Made by a program: the position numbers and the translations under genes | NCBI RefSeq assembly: GCF_000150275.1 | Contig: NW_002060945.1 | Location: 3,061,172 to 3,125,171 of the forward strand | Source: Trichoplax adhaerens | Lineage: Eukaryota > Animalia > Placozoa | Direction of reading: 5' to 3' | DNA: 64,000 nucleotides | The notes under the pieces: model-generated | Seen by the model: only the letters and a program-made list of their open reading frames with translations | What the model was told of the DNA's origin: nothing | The model's database searches: none | Part shown: piece after piece, positions 25,895-40,300 of the stretch | How positions within the stretch are numbered: the stretch's first letter is position 1 | Layout: each line of letters starts with the position of its first letter

Positions 25895-28474
25895 TTATCC
25901 ATTGCTGCTTGAATTACTATTTTCTCGAAGTTGATTCTCTAATTCTGTTTGTACATTGTCTAAGTCTCTCTCGAATTCAGGTGCAACAGCGCTACAGCGA
26001 GAGCCAATAAATTGACGCATGTGGATCTTTGTCCATTAATTATAATTAGTGTTCGAGAATATTTATTAGTAAATTTGTACCGTATAATGACAAAGTATTA
26101 AAATACTATCTGAAACTAATCCATGTCTTACCTGAATATATAAGTTGACCTCTACGCTACGACTCAAATACGGAAAATTCCCTCCGTCTTTTAAATGAGC
26201 CCTTCGGCTGTTAGGATAGCATTTATACATTTCTTCTTTTACATTTTGGGATAGCGCAGACTCATCGAAAACCTAGATTTTTTTGTACAAAAGTCAATAG
26301 TTATACCCACATACGTGTATATGGTGTTTTCTCATGTTATAAATGTGATATCATGTAATCAAACTACTCTGTCAATCTTTTTTACGCACATCAATGATTG
26401 TAATAATAACATCACTTAATTTCTGCGGTTCTACATAACTATCGGAACAGTTCAGTTTTAATCGTGATGCCAGTTGGGATCTTTTTAAACCTTCCACCTT
26501 AAGTAAAAAATGAAATTATTGATAAGTTGTAACAAGTTATCGTCTTGAATATCAAGGAAATAGTAATTACCCGTTCGACCATAAAGTCTACAGAATCTGC
26601 CACGTCCTTATCGACAATATCGTCATTGAATCCTTCCAGTATAATTCGCTTCAGTAAGAACGAAGGCATGAGCCAAAAACTAGTAAATTATAGTACAGGA
26701 ATAGAATCAATGTTTGTATTGGTCATGGTCACAGTAGCCAAGGCTAAATGTCACTATTCACAATTCAACTTATTAACCATAAACGCACCAAGAAAAATGA
26801 AACGTTACGTTCGATTACAACTTACGTTGATGCAATCGCATTATGGGTAAACACCGATGTATCAGAAAACGAATTACATAATATTATTGAGTGAATACGA
26901 GGGTTTATGTGGGTACTTTCAGCTACTTTCTGAGCTAAGAATCCGCCTAGAGAAGCGCCAAATAAGTGTACCTAGAAATAGAACCGTGATAACTTCAGAT
27001 GCCACCTTACTGCATATATGGATCGCTTTATAACATTGATTTCGTTCTGTAGAGATTTACGTAAGTACAATCTGCCTTTGCTGATTCAATAAAGCGTTCC
27101 ATACTTGGAACGTCGAAAGAAACAACATTCACTAAGCTATTATCCTGAAAAATTACCTTATCTAATTGCAGTGTATCTAATAACTTTTTAAATCCTTCAG
27201 TCCATTCTGCGTGGGTCCAGTACGAAGGATACTCAACCTTGAAGATAGAATGAAAGTTAAATACTTTGCTTGACAAACTATATGGAGAACTAAATTTATG
27301 TAGCAAACACAAGTAGTAAAAGGAGGCAGACTTTATTGTATTGAAAGCATTGTCATTTGATATACTGGAACTCAGGAGGGTACGTACCGATATCACTCTG
27401 TATCCAACGGAAGATAAGAATACGATCTGCTTGAAAAATACATCTGCGCTGCCACTTGCTGGAGGCAGAAATATTAATGGCGAACGCACACTTCTAGGAC
27501 CAGCGTCATAGATAACCCAATTTTCGCTTTTATTGTCAATAGCGACCTACAATAAACGATTTAGCAGTATGAGTTGGTTCAGCTGTTTTACTGTTGTGCA
27601 AGTAGCATTGAAAATATTGTCTGTATGTCATGTACATTATATTGTCCTTTGGCCAAGATGCAAATGATATCTGGTATTTGATCATGGTTTTAGAATGATA
27701 GTATAATTTGTAGCAATGCTATATTATAATTAGCGTTTTTGGCCATTTCTATCCCAGTCGGAAAAAACAATTCCGAAGGTACAATTTTATTGCCAATGAA
27801 AATCAGGGATGACACTATTTGAAGCCCTTGTTCCATTTTAAAATCCAATCTATCGTAAGCATAATAAACAAGTAGACATACACTTGCACGCATCAAGTTG
27901 GTCATCATCAAGTCAATCATGTCATCATAATTAGATGTCAAGTTCTGTATGCGCACTGTTATTGTACTGTATTGGCTATAATTTCTTCAATATTAATCGT
28001 CTAAATGGTTTTCAATGCAGTCGCTAGAGTGTGGATGAAATACAGTTCTGTTGAAGTCTTTACGCTTCATGATGTCGTGAACTCACTTTCAAAAAGATAC
28101 AGTCGATAGGTAAGGTTAAAATTATGAAAAGTGTATCAACTTGATTATTAAATATTATTATTGTTCCGTATCCAGCTAGTTATAATGTATAATATCTAAA
28201 GTGCAGAATATTATACCATAGACCAATACAGGTCAACAACGCTAATGGATGCTATTTATACATAACTAGTGAACAGCATTGATTTTCAATGTTGACTTGG
28301 AGTCTATAACATCACATCAACTTTGATGGGTATTTCTTCTTGAAGAATACTAGCATACTCCTTGAGCTATACATTGAATTATCGATCCCTTCTTACCTTT
28401 CGCTGAGCAATGGTAGAACGAAAACTTTGATATTCGGGCGATTTCGCCAAGCAGCCAATTGAACTATTCATCAT
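25895..28474 (-). CDS. SPG21: Maspardin (ACP33), 8 exons, ~317 aa
   Basis: Exons 28474-28397, 27546-27388 ([28 protein letters not shown]), 27237-27157, 26971-26826 ([15 protein letters not shown]...LCNSFSDTS), 26679-26571, 26497-26390, 26272-26132 ([25 protein letters not shown]), 26026-25895. Confidence 0.96.
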
Positions 28475-28899
28475 CCTTCTCACATCCACAGTCAATAGCG
28501 ATATAGTTAATGGCGCAAGTGCTGAATACTGCAGATATCAAAATAATACGGTGCAGTATTTGGAAAATTGGAAATTTACTGAGTGGATCAAGGTCTCGAA
28601 ATACTGTACGTCTTATTCTGTTGATGTCGATATCTCGAGACACAAGTTATGCCGGTACGCAGTACTGCAGACTAATCCACTAAAGGAGATGTTGGCAGAG
28701 TCTACGTTGCAACCGCACTGCTACTACAAATGACTCATAAAATGTAAAAGTTTGCTCAAGGACTTGCTGTTTAGTTTAGAAAGGCCACGGCAATGCACCC
28801 CAACTCGATGAGTTTAAATCAAGTAAATTGTACTGCAAAATGGATACTACAAGTGACGTAAATGTTGGTGAGCTTGGAGCTTGATCGTCATATGATCTA

Positions 28900-29110
28900 G
28901 CCAGTCCAATTCCACTGCAGCGATTGTACAATCTGCAGGACAGTACTGTGCACATGCACTGTAGGTACAGTACTACAGTACTGTACTGTACTGTACACTG
29001 TATCCACAACACTTCACGTGAACGTCAAGTCCAAATCAACGTCACACGTTCCCTAGTGCTCAGCAGACAATCCTTTACACTGTACACCGTACAGTACACT
29101 GTACTGTACA
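28900..29110. promoter_or_regulatory. TACAGT/TACTGT/TGTACA-rich low-complexity tract upstream of SPG21
   Basis: For example gtaggtacagtactacagtactgtactgtactgtacactgta. Similar clusters sit next to most gene starts in the window. Confidence 0.55.
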
Positions 29111-32100
29111 CAGAGTTCTATAGTAAAGCTTTTATTGCAGTCACGGTGCTTTGCAGTCTTACTCTGTCCGACTGTCCGCTCCGGGATGCAGGGCCAAACA
29201 AGACTAAACCCTCCTCCAAAACGTTACTAATATTATTATTATTATTATTAATCCATGTACGCGTATTTACCTACTACCAGTCACTACTTTTTAGGAAAGA
29301 GAGGGACTGGCAATGGCCGTTCAGTAGACGAAAATGACAGACACAGATGACTATTTTACTGGTTATCTCAAGCGAACTGTATATCGGAAAGGATACACTA
29401 CACAGTATTTGTTGCATGATTATCATCCAAATGACCTGCTTACTTGGGTGCTGTGCACTGTGATCGACGCTTTCAGTGATAGCGTATAGTAAAACAAGCA
29501 GAAAAATGATAGGCCCGGTTATTATTTTGCACTCAAGGTGAAGCGGCAACAACCATAGAACTAAACCCTAATGAAATAAGTTAACCACGAGTGACGGCAT
29601 TCATAGTCTTTTTAAAATGACCACATTAGACTAATCATTAGCTACTGTAGGACAACAACAAAAAAAAATGATCCAATTACTCCATTCAAAACACTCCATT
29701 GATACATAACCATTAGAATAATGAGATGGCCGCGTCGATTTTTATGCATCCCTGATTCCAATGCCTTCATCTTCGCCTCATTTAGGCGAAGGCGATTCCA
29801 TTTGCAGATTACTGTAACTGCCAAAGAAGAAAATTCACTTACTGTGATTTCCGTGTCAAATAAAAAGTCTAAATAGCTCTTTCGATCTCATAACTATAAC
29901 GGTACCGTCTATAGGGTACACTAGGGACTACGAAAGACAGAGAGAGAAGGACACGATACACATACAACAGTAGACTAGTCCTATACAGTAGTAATATAAT
30001 AGTGGAAATGGTGTAGACGGCATGCTTAACATACAGTACTTGGTAATGACGATGATGATGATGGCATAGATACAGTACAGATTGGCCAGCATACGCCCTT
30101 AGATTATTAAAACAACAGGTAGTTCTGCCTTATTAATTTGAATCATGTGGTGACTTGTACAATGCTGATGGCCATAGTAGTAGAACACGGTAACTTCCCT
30201 AGCAAGAATAGAGAAACTTTGGCGACATAGTGCACGCGTTATTACTGTCATGCTACATTCACATAACAATACATCGATATGTAGTATTACTGTTATGCTA
30301 ATTTTATGAGTAGTCCTACTTATTTTAATTATTAGACCACACTGAAAGGGCTCCTGGTGTCGGCCACTATCGTGACTCCTTTTTTTTATTACAAAATTAT
30401 TAACCCAATAACGCCAAGTTATTCGGTTGCGACGTAAGCAACATTACTAACTGCAGCGTGTCGCAATCTGCAATCAATTGCCAATCGGGTTTGCTGTCTG
30501 CCGCACTACCGTAGAAATTGATAAGCATATTTATAGTCTAGCATTAATGCTACTGGTTAAGTAAACAAAATAAGCATCTGAATTGATTAGGAAAATAAAC
30601 ACGGAATTCAATATATTAAAGTACAAGATTAACCAGGTATGAGAATTAAAATATTAAATCTTTTTCTAATTGTATATGTGTATGGATAAAGTTAATAGTG
30701 TTACATTCGTTCCATTTGTACTTTCAAGTACTTATTCGATGACATGTGCGGAAGTGTGCCGATAATAATTCTAATCGATAGCGATCATCCTATTACGCTA
30801 AAAAAAAATGAGACTGTACGTATCAAGTTAACTTTAACGTAGCATGCAACTTCAAATGAATAGCTATCGACAAATTTTAATATCGTATCGTTTAATTTCT
30901 AAATATGCGGATTGATTTGAAAGCCATGATTGCAAGTATATCGAATAGTATAGGCCAACATAATTAGGCGTGCTACAATATACACTAGTATATCTGTCAT
31001 GGCGTGATGGCCTTTCCTCATTTAGCATTAATTTAATAATCATTCCACTAACAAGTACTGTATATACATATCTTCAATAAATGAGTATCAAATGCATTGC
31101 CGATATAGTGATAGCAACTGGCTATGGGTTGGACTGATTGATTGCTGTATTCGAATACGATCATCATACATAAACTTAAATACTATTTCATTAAAATCCT
31201 AAGAAACTCGTTACAGAAACGGTTGGTGCATAACCTTGTAGTCATTGTAGAATTGAACATATTATAATACAGGGTAGGGTAATTCATTTGTGAACATATC
31301 ATTTTTACACCAGAACGCATATTTTAATTGTAGTCAGAAGCTTTTAAATAGAGCCTTATCATTTCGTTGAAACGCCTTCTGACATAAGTATACAGTAGCA
31401 TGCTACTCAAAACTTTTAATCAATAGTGCAATCTCATTGTAGAGTAAAAAAAAATCCAGTTAAATGATCTGTATAGTGTTATTTAGTAAGTCCAAAGGGT
31501 TTGTATTGCCCAAAATTTTTCCTCCGATACAAATTGTATTCTTTGACATATCATTTACAATAAGTGTAACCTATTATAAATGGTAACCTTAACATACTGT
31601 ACATACGATTTCAACCTCACAGTTTATTTTTATACCATCAAAAACTCTTATTACAAATATAAATTACTAAATCATCCCAAAATCTGTATACCAATTAGTG
31701 AGCAAACTTTAGTCGTTATTAATATGCGGCCAATTGATCTCTAAATATCTTACAATCCATAACTATCAACAAATATTGTTTATTTAGAATGAGCTTAAAT
31801 TTAAAGCGTGACTCAAATTCTCCACCCTACACTGAATGCATTTCTTATTTGTAATCTTGAAATTTTTCGAATAATGATGAAACTCTTATCTTTAATCAAT
31901 TATATTGATTATATGTATCACAATAAGAAATTTCCGATCATGAAGTGTAATAGCATTTCAAGAAAAGTGATACTCTAGCTCATAATTATAGCCAACTATA
32001 GTATTTTTAAGCCCGATCACAACACGTCTTCCAAACATTTATGAATATCTTCGTTCTTTTGGACCTAAGTACTTAATTCGTCACATACAGGCTTGACAAT

Positions 32101-35100
32101 AGCAGCTATGAAATAATATATATCAATACTCATGATGGCAGTTTGTTGACTTGATAGAGTGATTAATTTAACTTAATTATAGCTATAACGCTGTTGCACT
32201 TCTGTAGTAGTAATGCATCTAAAGTTAAACGCATTCACAATATTTACACAGGTAGTGCACAGCTGTCAAGTCAGCTTCTATATTCATTTAAGTTAATAAA
32301 TAACTAGAATATTTTTATCTATCCACTAAAGCACATTTGTGACATGAATTAATCTCTTATCGGAAATTGTAGTACTATTACAATTATAATTGTCGTTTAT
32401 GTAATATAAAAGATCGTATACTTCCCATAAGATACCTTCAAAAAAGTAGCACAAATAGTGGAAGTTACTTGAAATATATTTTACGTGTAATCAGATAAAT
32501 GGATGTTAGATTCCGCCAACTATCCTAAGCTTTTCTCATAAGTATTATACCAATATTGCAAAAAATAAGCAAAGGGATGGCTAGGAGTCAGTAACAATTA
32601 TAATTAAAAATGTATACGATATTCATGCATATACGAGTACGTAATCTAAGGCGTATAATTAAATCAATAAATGCATGACGATAGTGGTAAAATCTCAATT
32701 AAAAGTATACCCAAACGTATATTATATTATAACTCAGTTTCCAGTAAATTATGCAATCATAACGCAGCATAAACGCTATTTTATAACTTAGTTCTTCAAC
32801 TATAACTTACAGAGTGGAACAGTTATTAGAATATAGCAGAGCATGCTTCCATTTATCTATTGTAGATAAGCCTGTCATCAATTACAACATTATCGTCATT
32901 ATGCCTTATATAGATTCTTTATGATTCATTTGATTAAAATATAATCAAAAGGCATAAAAATACTCGTAATAGCTAATATGGACAACAATAATCTAGATGT
33001 TCCTCTTCACTATTGTCAATTCCTCTGTTAGACGTATTAATACTAGTACAACACTGTGCTACAGACGACGAAATCATCTAGTCTATTTATAAAAGAAACG
33101 CCATAATATATGCAACTAGTTTGATTTTTTCGTTAGATGCCTCTTAATATTGATATAAGTCATTTTGTAACTAGGATAGCTTGATTTTCAAAAAATTAGA
33201 ATAATTTCTTTGTCATACCGTACGACTGTACGTTAAACAACATTTCTATGTAAGCCCTACTGAGTCACACTGGGTGGTAAACATGGCATTGGTAAAATGT
33301 ATTGGATATAGCGTTGCTCTGCATTCAGTAAATTATAAGCATTCGGATTGCAGACTATCTGTCTACGCAGTCAATAAAATCGCTTATTGTGTCCAACGTT
33401 ATTAAATTATTGAGATGAAAATAAAACTAATCTAACATTGTTTCATTGTATGAAACACAACGTGCAATAGTTTTAACCGGTTAGTACACAATCATTCGTA
33501 CAGGAGATACATATATGTCATACATTTCTCATGAACGAACGACATGGCTAATTTTAACCGATCTCTTAAAACATTTTTAGGTTGTGGATGTAATAATTCA
33601 ATTATTTAATCATTGCAACAGTTCTGTAGTTTACAATCGATAAATGTGCATAACATACGGACATTATCTTCGGTATACTTACGGGTATAACCTTGCTACT
33701 GACTCTATTTTAGACTCTGTAGGCATTAACTGATTTTTACGAGCAGAGATTCGAAATATATTTATACCAGGAGACTGTCCTCAACACTATTCCTATACTG
33801 TGAATTATGGAAAATTTCATTAAATAGCAGTTTAGCTTAGATACTTATGATTTGTGATCAGATTATGAAATGATTGATATAGCAGTTAATGGCGACATTG
33901 TATGCCGATTAATTATACTTATTAATGGCGTTTCACTAAATTCTAGCCATCAACTTATGCAATCTTCTAATAAACATGCTGCCTATATAGCATAACCCAT
34001 ATACCACACAGTACGAGTACATTGTATAACTTTATACATTCAGTGTACTCGCATACATGCACTATTAAACAACATATTTGAGAACAAGAAAGCCAAGGGC
34101 TACACTGCTGCTACAGTGTTATAGAGTCCCGACGGATTTTATTACGAATATACTTGATACGCATAATGTAAAATCAAAGTTAGACATTGAAAAATATCCA
34201 AAACAATAGCTGCCCCCTGGGCTCTTGTTGTCGGTGGGGGAGAGAAGGCGCGGTATCATTAATAGAGAAAAGTTACATGTTCTTCAAAGTCGTCCATCAT
34301 AATTTCAGCCTGCTACCTTTATTAGAATTTGATTTTAGGTCATTAAAATAGAGCCTAATATCTTGCATAAGTAATAACTTGAGTAGCGTCATCTTTATAA
34401 ATATTTTTATATCCTTTTCATTGTCAGTAAATATACTTTACGAATCACTCTTTAGCTTTATATTTCTCTCAGGGTGACCACGTTGCGCTCTGTAGCTGAT
34501 TATTCTTCGTAGTAGTATCAGGCGTTTCCGATTATCTATAACCGCCGTTCAACTATTAATATATAAGTCTAATCATGAAACTTTTCCTTGCGAAACTAAC
34601 TTAGTACCCTTTGTGACGGATGATTAATTATACTGCTTGCTACTACTGCATTCTTTGAAATGAATTGATAATAGAGTCCTTTGAGAGAGCCTACAATTTA
34701 CCATATTCTATATCTGGTTATCTATGGCGAGTCCATCCATAAAACACCGTGTAGTCAAGGCTCCATTAATGTAATTAGGAAGAAATATAGATGTCATATT
34801 GTAGAGCTCCCAAATACATCATTATTACAATTTCTAAACTTTGTATTATTCTTTATGACTCACGCAAAATATAAAATCAAAATTAGGCATTTAGATTAGT
34901 GATAAAATATACAAGTCACGTATTATTACAATAGATGGCTAAAGTTCGTGTAATATTCTGTGCTTTCTGTAAAATAAACTCTAATTTAGAGGCGTATTTA
35001 GTGTGCGGTCTCGGAGTTGAATAATGTTTAGTAGTGAATTAGTTACTTAACTGTTGCTTCAACTCATTTAATGAAGTTTATGCCTAGTTACAAAATGATT

Positions 35101-36750
35101 ATCATTTTGCCTGGATACATAACACCTTAAATAAGAAAATCGTTGTAGTGACAATTTTATCAACTGATATTTGCTGTTTAGTTATTATTGGTCGCTAACT
35201 CGTGATTTCTAGATTTCTTTTTAAAAGAAATTACTAGCCCAGGCTGTTCCGTATTGAGCTCTACCTTACTAATAGTAAATACTTCTGACAAGAGCGACGT
35301 ATGTATTTTTAGACCATGGTTGGATATAAATAATAATAATATACTGTAAAAGTACGTATCTAATTACCAGAAAATTATACTGTTGTTATTAGTTAATGCT
35401 ATTAATTAATTAACATGCTCATTAATTTAAGCTGAATACAATCATAGAGTAATAACTATAGATAGCTGTTATCTCTTTGAAAAGACGGGTATATCCAATA
35501 TCATATCGATATTCGTATAGGGAATGAGTATTCAAATATACCCCATAGTAACTGCTAAATTACCAGCATCCAATATTGTAGTAAAGTATACTGATAAAAT
35601 CTTGTAATAGTTTCATTCTACAATAACTTATTTCTCGGTTGAAGCCGTGGAGGTAAGAGGTTTCCAATACCTCTAAGACTTCAGACGCTGGCACAGTATA
35701 GCAATGCCTACGCAAAATGATGAAAGTTTGTTGATTCACATCTTATTTTTAAAAACTCTACTACAAGATATTAATACAGTAATTTGCTAAAACACTTCAA
35801 AAAATATGGACTTGACCTTAAAAGTGTTAAGAAGTCAAAACGGTGCAGTAGTACTTCAAAAGATTTAATTATTATTTACTTGTTAAAATAGTGACATTAA
35901 AAACTCGAATTTTAGTTATAAGTTGTAACTATTGTCTTCATTATACCTGGTGACAAGATCATTGCATCAATATAAAATATCTACGAATAATTAAAACTCA
36001 AGCCAAAAATTTAATTAGACCTTGATAACTAACTAACATACTGTACTACGTAGTTCCATGATCAGGCATAGTTTGTGTGTAACGTTCGCACCATTTGATG
36101 CTTTTTATTCATCAGAATTATTTTAAAATTATCTCCACAATAAAAAGCGCAGTGGAATTGAGCTACGGACTACTAAAACAGAGTGATATGATAAATCAGG
36201 AATAGAAGCTCCAATACTTGACGAAATACACGGAATTATAGGTGACGCTAATGTATATCTAAAAGCTAAATGTTAATGTCGAAAGACGGGTCTTCTGAAT
36301 CACATTTTATGCCGTGCATGTGATTTGGTAATAATTATTCGTCGATAGGATGAGTCATAAATCAATGATTCATAACGTAGTTATGCATTCAAAGTTCTAG
36401 GTGAACGGCATAAAATCTGGAAATTCACAAGGGTTCACCAGATTATCACCATCATTATATTAATTGAATACTCGTAAACTAAACGACTGTTATTAAACAT
36501 TGCTAACTTTCAACTTTTTTTCATTCTTAGCCTTTCTTCTAAGCAACAAAGTTAAATCATCATGACTATTTTTTTTACTACAGCACCATCAACAACAGTT
36601 TAAATGCGTTCATGTTGTATTTCTGCTCTAGGTTTTGATAAAATTAAATAAATATAAAATTGTGTTGAGAATTTGACGGGCAGGGTGCATTGTGAACTTC
36701 ATTATGTATACACTATCCTTAACATGATTGTATACAAGATTTAAAAAGTA

Positions 36751-37191
36751 GCTAGTAGAAATACCCGCAGCGTTGCTGGCGGTTGGCAACCAATTCCGGC
36801 CAGGATTGAAGGATTCTAGTTAAAGTTGAACAGATAGGTCGCATTATCCTAAAATGGCCATGTTGATAACATATAAAATAGCATTAACATTAGCATTTGA
36901 TCCATTTAAAGTTTTATTGTTGTTAAAGCAGTCTTACTAGATAAATAATCAACCAAGATCTAATCATGTGCAGCACTTGAGTTATTAGAACGCATGTGTT
37001 TTATTATAAACAAATCGCAGTTGGAAGATAAGACAACCGTTGAGCAGGTATTTTTAATATCCGCCCTTTTGGCCTTAATAAGTTCATAGGTATATTAAAA
37101 TACGATTGGACGTAATGTTGTTCCATAGATGTATTTATATCATTACATTGCAAAAATTAAGCCTTTGAAGTACGGGCGTATTCCTACTAGC
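36751..37191. mobile_element. Putative non-autonomous Helitron/Helentron- or MITE-like remnant (~440 bp)
   Basis: Left end GCTAGTAGAAATACCCGCAGCGTTGCTGGCGG is a CTAG terminus with an adjacent GC hairpin. Right end GTATTCCTACTAGC is a 13/14 inverted copy of the left end. No target-site duplication is visible. Confidence 0.45.
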
Positions 37192-37273
37192 GGGGTGCGA
37201 TCGAATTGCAAAGTCTAGGCACGTCTTTCTGAAACACTGAATAAAAGACTTTACTTTTTCGCTTTTATACTAG

Positions 37274-37299
37274 CTTGACATTGTGACTACTATTTGTTG
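37274..37299 (+). other. Candidate 26-nt 5'-UTR micro-exon of ACSBG
   Basis: TTTTATACTAG acceptor, GTGAGT donor at 37300, then an acceptor AG at 37364 or 37367 just before ATG 37370. Confidence 0.45.
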
Positions 37300-37369
37300 G
37301 TGAGTTACTGACAAGAGTTGATACGGTTACCTTTTTAAAGTTATAATTATTTATATTTTAAAAGTAGAA

Positions 37370-40300
37370 ATGGCCGATAACGCTGTGGTTGAGAGTAACG
37401 AAATAGCAGAAGCAGAAGTTAAATCGAACGGTGATGTTAGCCATCAAGAAGAACCCAGTAATGCAACTGGCGAAGATAATGCCAACGTAGAAGTAGAAGC
37501 AGAAAAAACTGAAGTTCAACAAGAAGAGGCCGCTGAAACTGCAGATAACACCGGAGAAGCCAAAGAGGAAAATCAAGAAGAAAAAGTTGAACAGGCTGTT
37601 GACCCTACCCCAGTAGAAGCTGCTCATAATGAGGCCGGCTCTGAAAGAAATTTTGCGGATCCTAGCTTGCCATTTCGAGTCACCGGTATCGATCAAGAAG
37701 TAAGATTGCGTATGGGAGACGATAAACCCCGTAACTACAAGCCTCAAACCATCTTTAGATGGCTTCACAGTATTGTTCAAAAGCATCCTAAAGCTATTGC
37801 TTTGGGCGTACACCGGGACAATATGTGGCAGAAATGGACCTACGAAGAATATTACAGAGATATCAGAGCTGCAGCGAAAAGTTTCGTGCATGTATGTTGT
37901 GTACATTGCTTTATATTTTACCCTGTGCTACAATTTTAAGTTAAGGTATTCTACTTTTTAATTCCTTCTTATTTCCTTACTTTCATTGTTTTTCCACAAT
38001 TTTACTTTTGCGATGAATTTTTAAAATACCTTTGATTGACATATTTCGCATAAAAAATCTACATTTCGGTAGTACCTTGTACTCGGTAACTTAAGAATTA
38101 GTGTTCGAGTATGAGCGCATTGGTTATGGATGTTAATTACAGGAAGGGATCCCAATTTGATACAGAGTTAGCTGTCATATTTTTATAATAAATACGGCAG
38201 AGCTTAAAAAATAAATCTCCTCGGAACATGTATGAGTAAGGTTAGTACTGGGTTGAGAAATAGGTAAAGAAGAATAGTGGTTATGACTCTCGTCGATGTA
38301 GCAGTAAAAGGCTGCTGTATTATATAAAAAGCGTTTTTAGGCTACCATATACGCCATGATACTATTAATTTTCCCTCTTATTTATTATCCATCTTTTGTT
38401 AGCCATTTAACTAAGGTATTATCTTAGCAGGCTCTGTTAGTATTAAATAGTATTTAATATTGTAAAAGTAATGTAAGCTAAAGCAACCAGAGTTGGAAAC
38501 GATAAACGGTGTTAAATTTTAGTGCAAATATGCGAATTGCTTAATACCATTAAAGACCAATTCGCATAATGTACGAGCATCCGTGGCTTTAAATTAAAAT
38601 ATGCAAGTTGAGACACGCCCATCTACAGTAGCTAACTTACACTATTTCCTAAAGTCGGTAGGAAAGTTGGGCGATATCATAAAAATAGGCAGAAGTTCGA
38701 ATTTTAAATCAATGACCCAAGTCAATTCGGATATCAAATATTTAATGGCCTACCTCCGTTACTATAGAAAATAATGTAATCTCTACCTAATGTATCAAGT
38801 CCGTGTACTGTACTTATACCTATTCTCACCAAGTTCCCTCTAATTATATTGCAATTAGACACTTGAAGGTTCCTCTAATCTACATAACAAATTATGTGAC
38901 GCTCAATCCTAGAATTGTGGTATAATGTAATAATTCGGTTTCACGCTTTGTCTTATAATCAAGAGTAAATTCTTATTTTTAAGGTTGTATATATCCTCGC
39001 TTTTAAGCTTAAAATTACATTTGAAGAGTTAAAGAACGGATGTTTTTAGATACCGTTATACAGTAGGAAATATCTGTCGTGAGCACGCCGTGTCTACTCT
39101 TAACTGGCTAATATTACAATAATTATTAAAAACGTTAAATAGGAGTAACAATTATTGTTTATCTCATATGAAGACTGCTTTTCGGATTTATTATCCGAAT
39201 TGAAGCCAAATCACTACTACTACTTGTAAAAACAGCTTTCTAAGTTATTAAATCTATTTTTTAAACTTTTTAAGCTTGGCCTGCAAAAATACAATGCTGT
39301 AGCCATCTTTGGTTTTAATTCTCCTGAATGGTATATATCTAATTTTGGTAGCATGTTTGCTGGGTAAGATTTTTATTGCTGTGCGATCTCCTATATATGT
39401 TAATGTAATGATAGTTATATATAGAGAGAGATGTGACTCATATATAGTATGTATGGAAGGACAGTCAATTAGAATTTGTAAATTTCATTTTATTATTTTA
39501 GATTTTATTACTTAGATTTAAATAATAGCATCCATCAGAGAATTAAATTATAGATCGCAATAAGAATGCGATAAAATGACTAACAATTTAATTTCTCTAC
39601 TATAGAGGTGTATCTCTTGGTATCTATACGACTAGCTCTCCTGAGGCTATTAAATATATCTTGGAGGATAGTAACACTGCTATAGCAGTTGTTGAAAATA
39701 CTGCTTCTTTGAAAAGGGTTTTAAAGGTATATATATATATATATATACATCATCGGATATAATAAGAATTAGATCTCATAAATTCGACGCTTAACGATAT
39801 CATGCTGAATATTCCATAAAGGCAGCAGAAGGCTCATTAAGGATTAAGGCCATTATTCAATATACTGGAGAAATTGAGGAGCAACAGCCAAATATCTATA
39901 CTGTAAGCCATGAAATCAATCCATATAATTTGCTAAAATATCGCCTGTGAAGGAGTACAAAACTCTAACGATATTGATAAGAATATTAATTAAATCGATA
40001 TGGTGAAAAGGAGATAAATTAATATCAATAGATTCTAATTTTATAGTGGAAAGATTTCATTAAACTTGGAAAAGATATGTCAGATGAAGAGCTTGATAGC
40101 CGTACTGCTGATATCACACCGAATAAATGTTGTTCTCTTATTTACACGGTATATTTTTTAGATAAATGTATTTAACTTACAATGTAATAGAACAAATTAT
40201 CTAAATATAATCTTCTACCATTTTGTATTAGTCCGGTACGACAGGAAATCCAAAGGGTGCCATGTTGAGTCATGACAATGTTAGAACTTTATGATTGCTA

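Noticed and set aside
28776-29552. ORFs of 78-137 aa upstream of SPG21
   Set aside because: They arise from TACTGT and TTA low-complexity repeats (YCTV, LLLL runs) and have no splice or homology support.
37358-37906. 182-aa minus-strand ORF
   Set aside because: It is the antisense shadow of the Glu-rich ACSBG exon 1 (Phe/Ser-rich, no family features).
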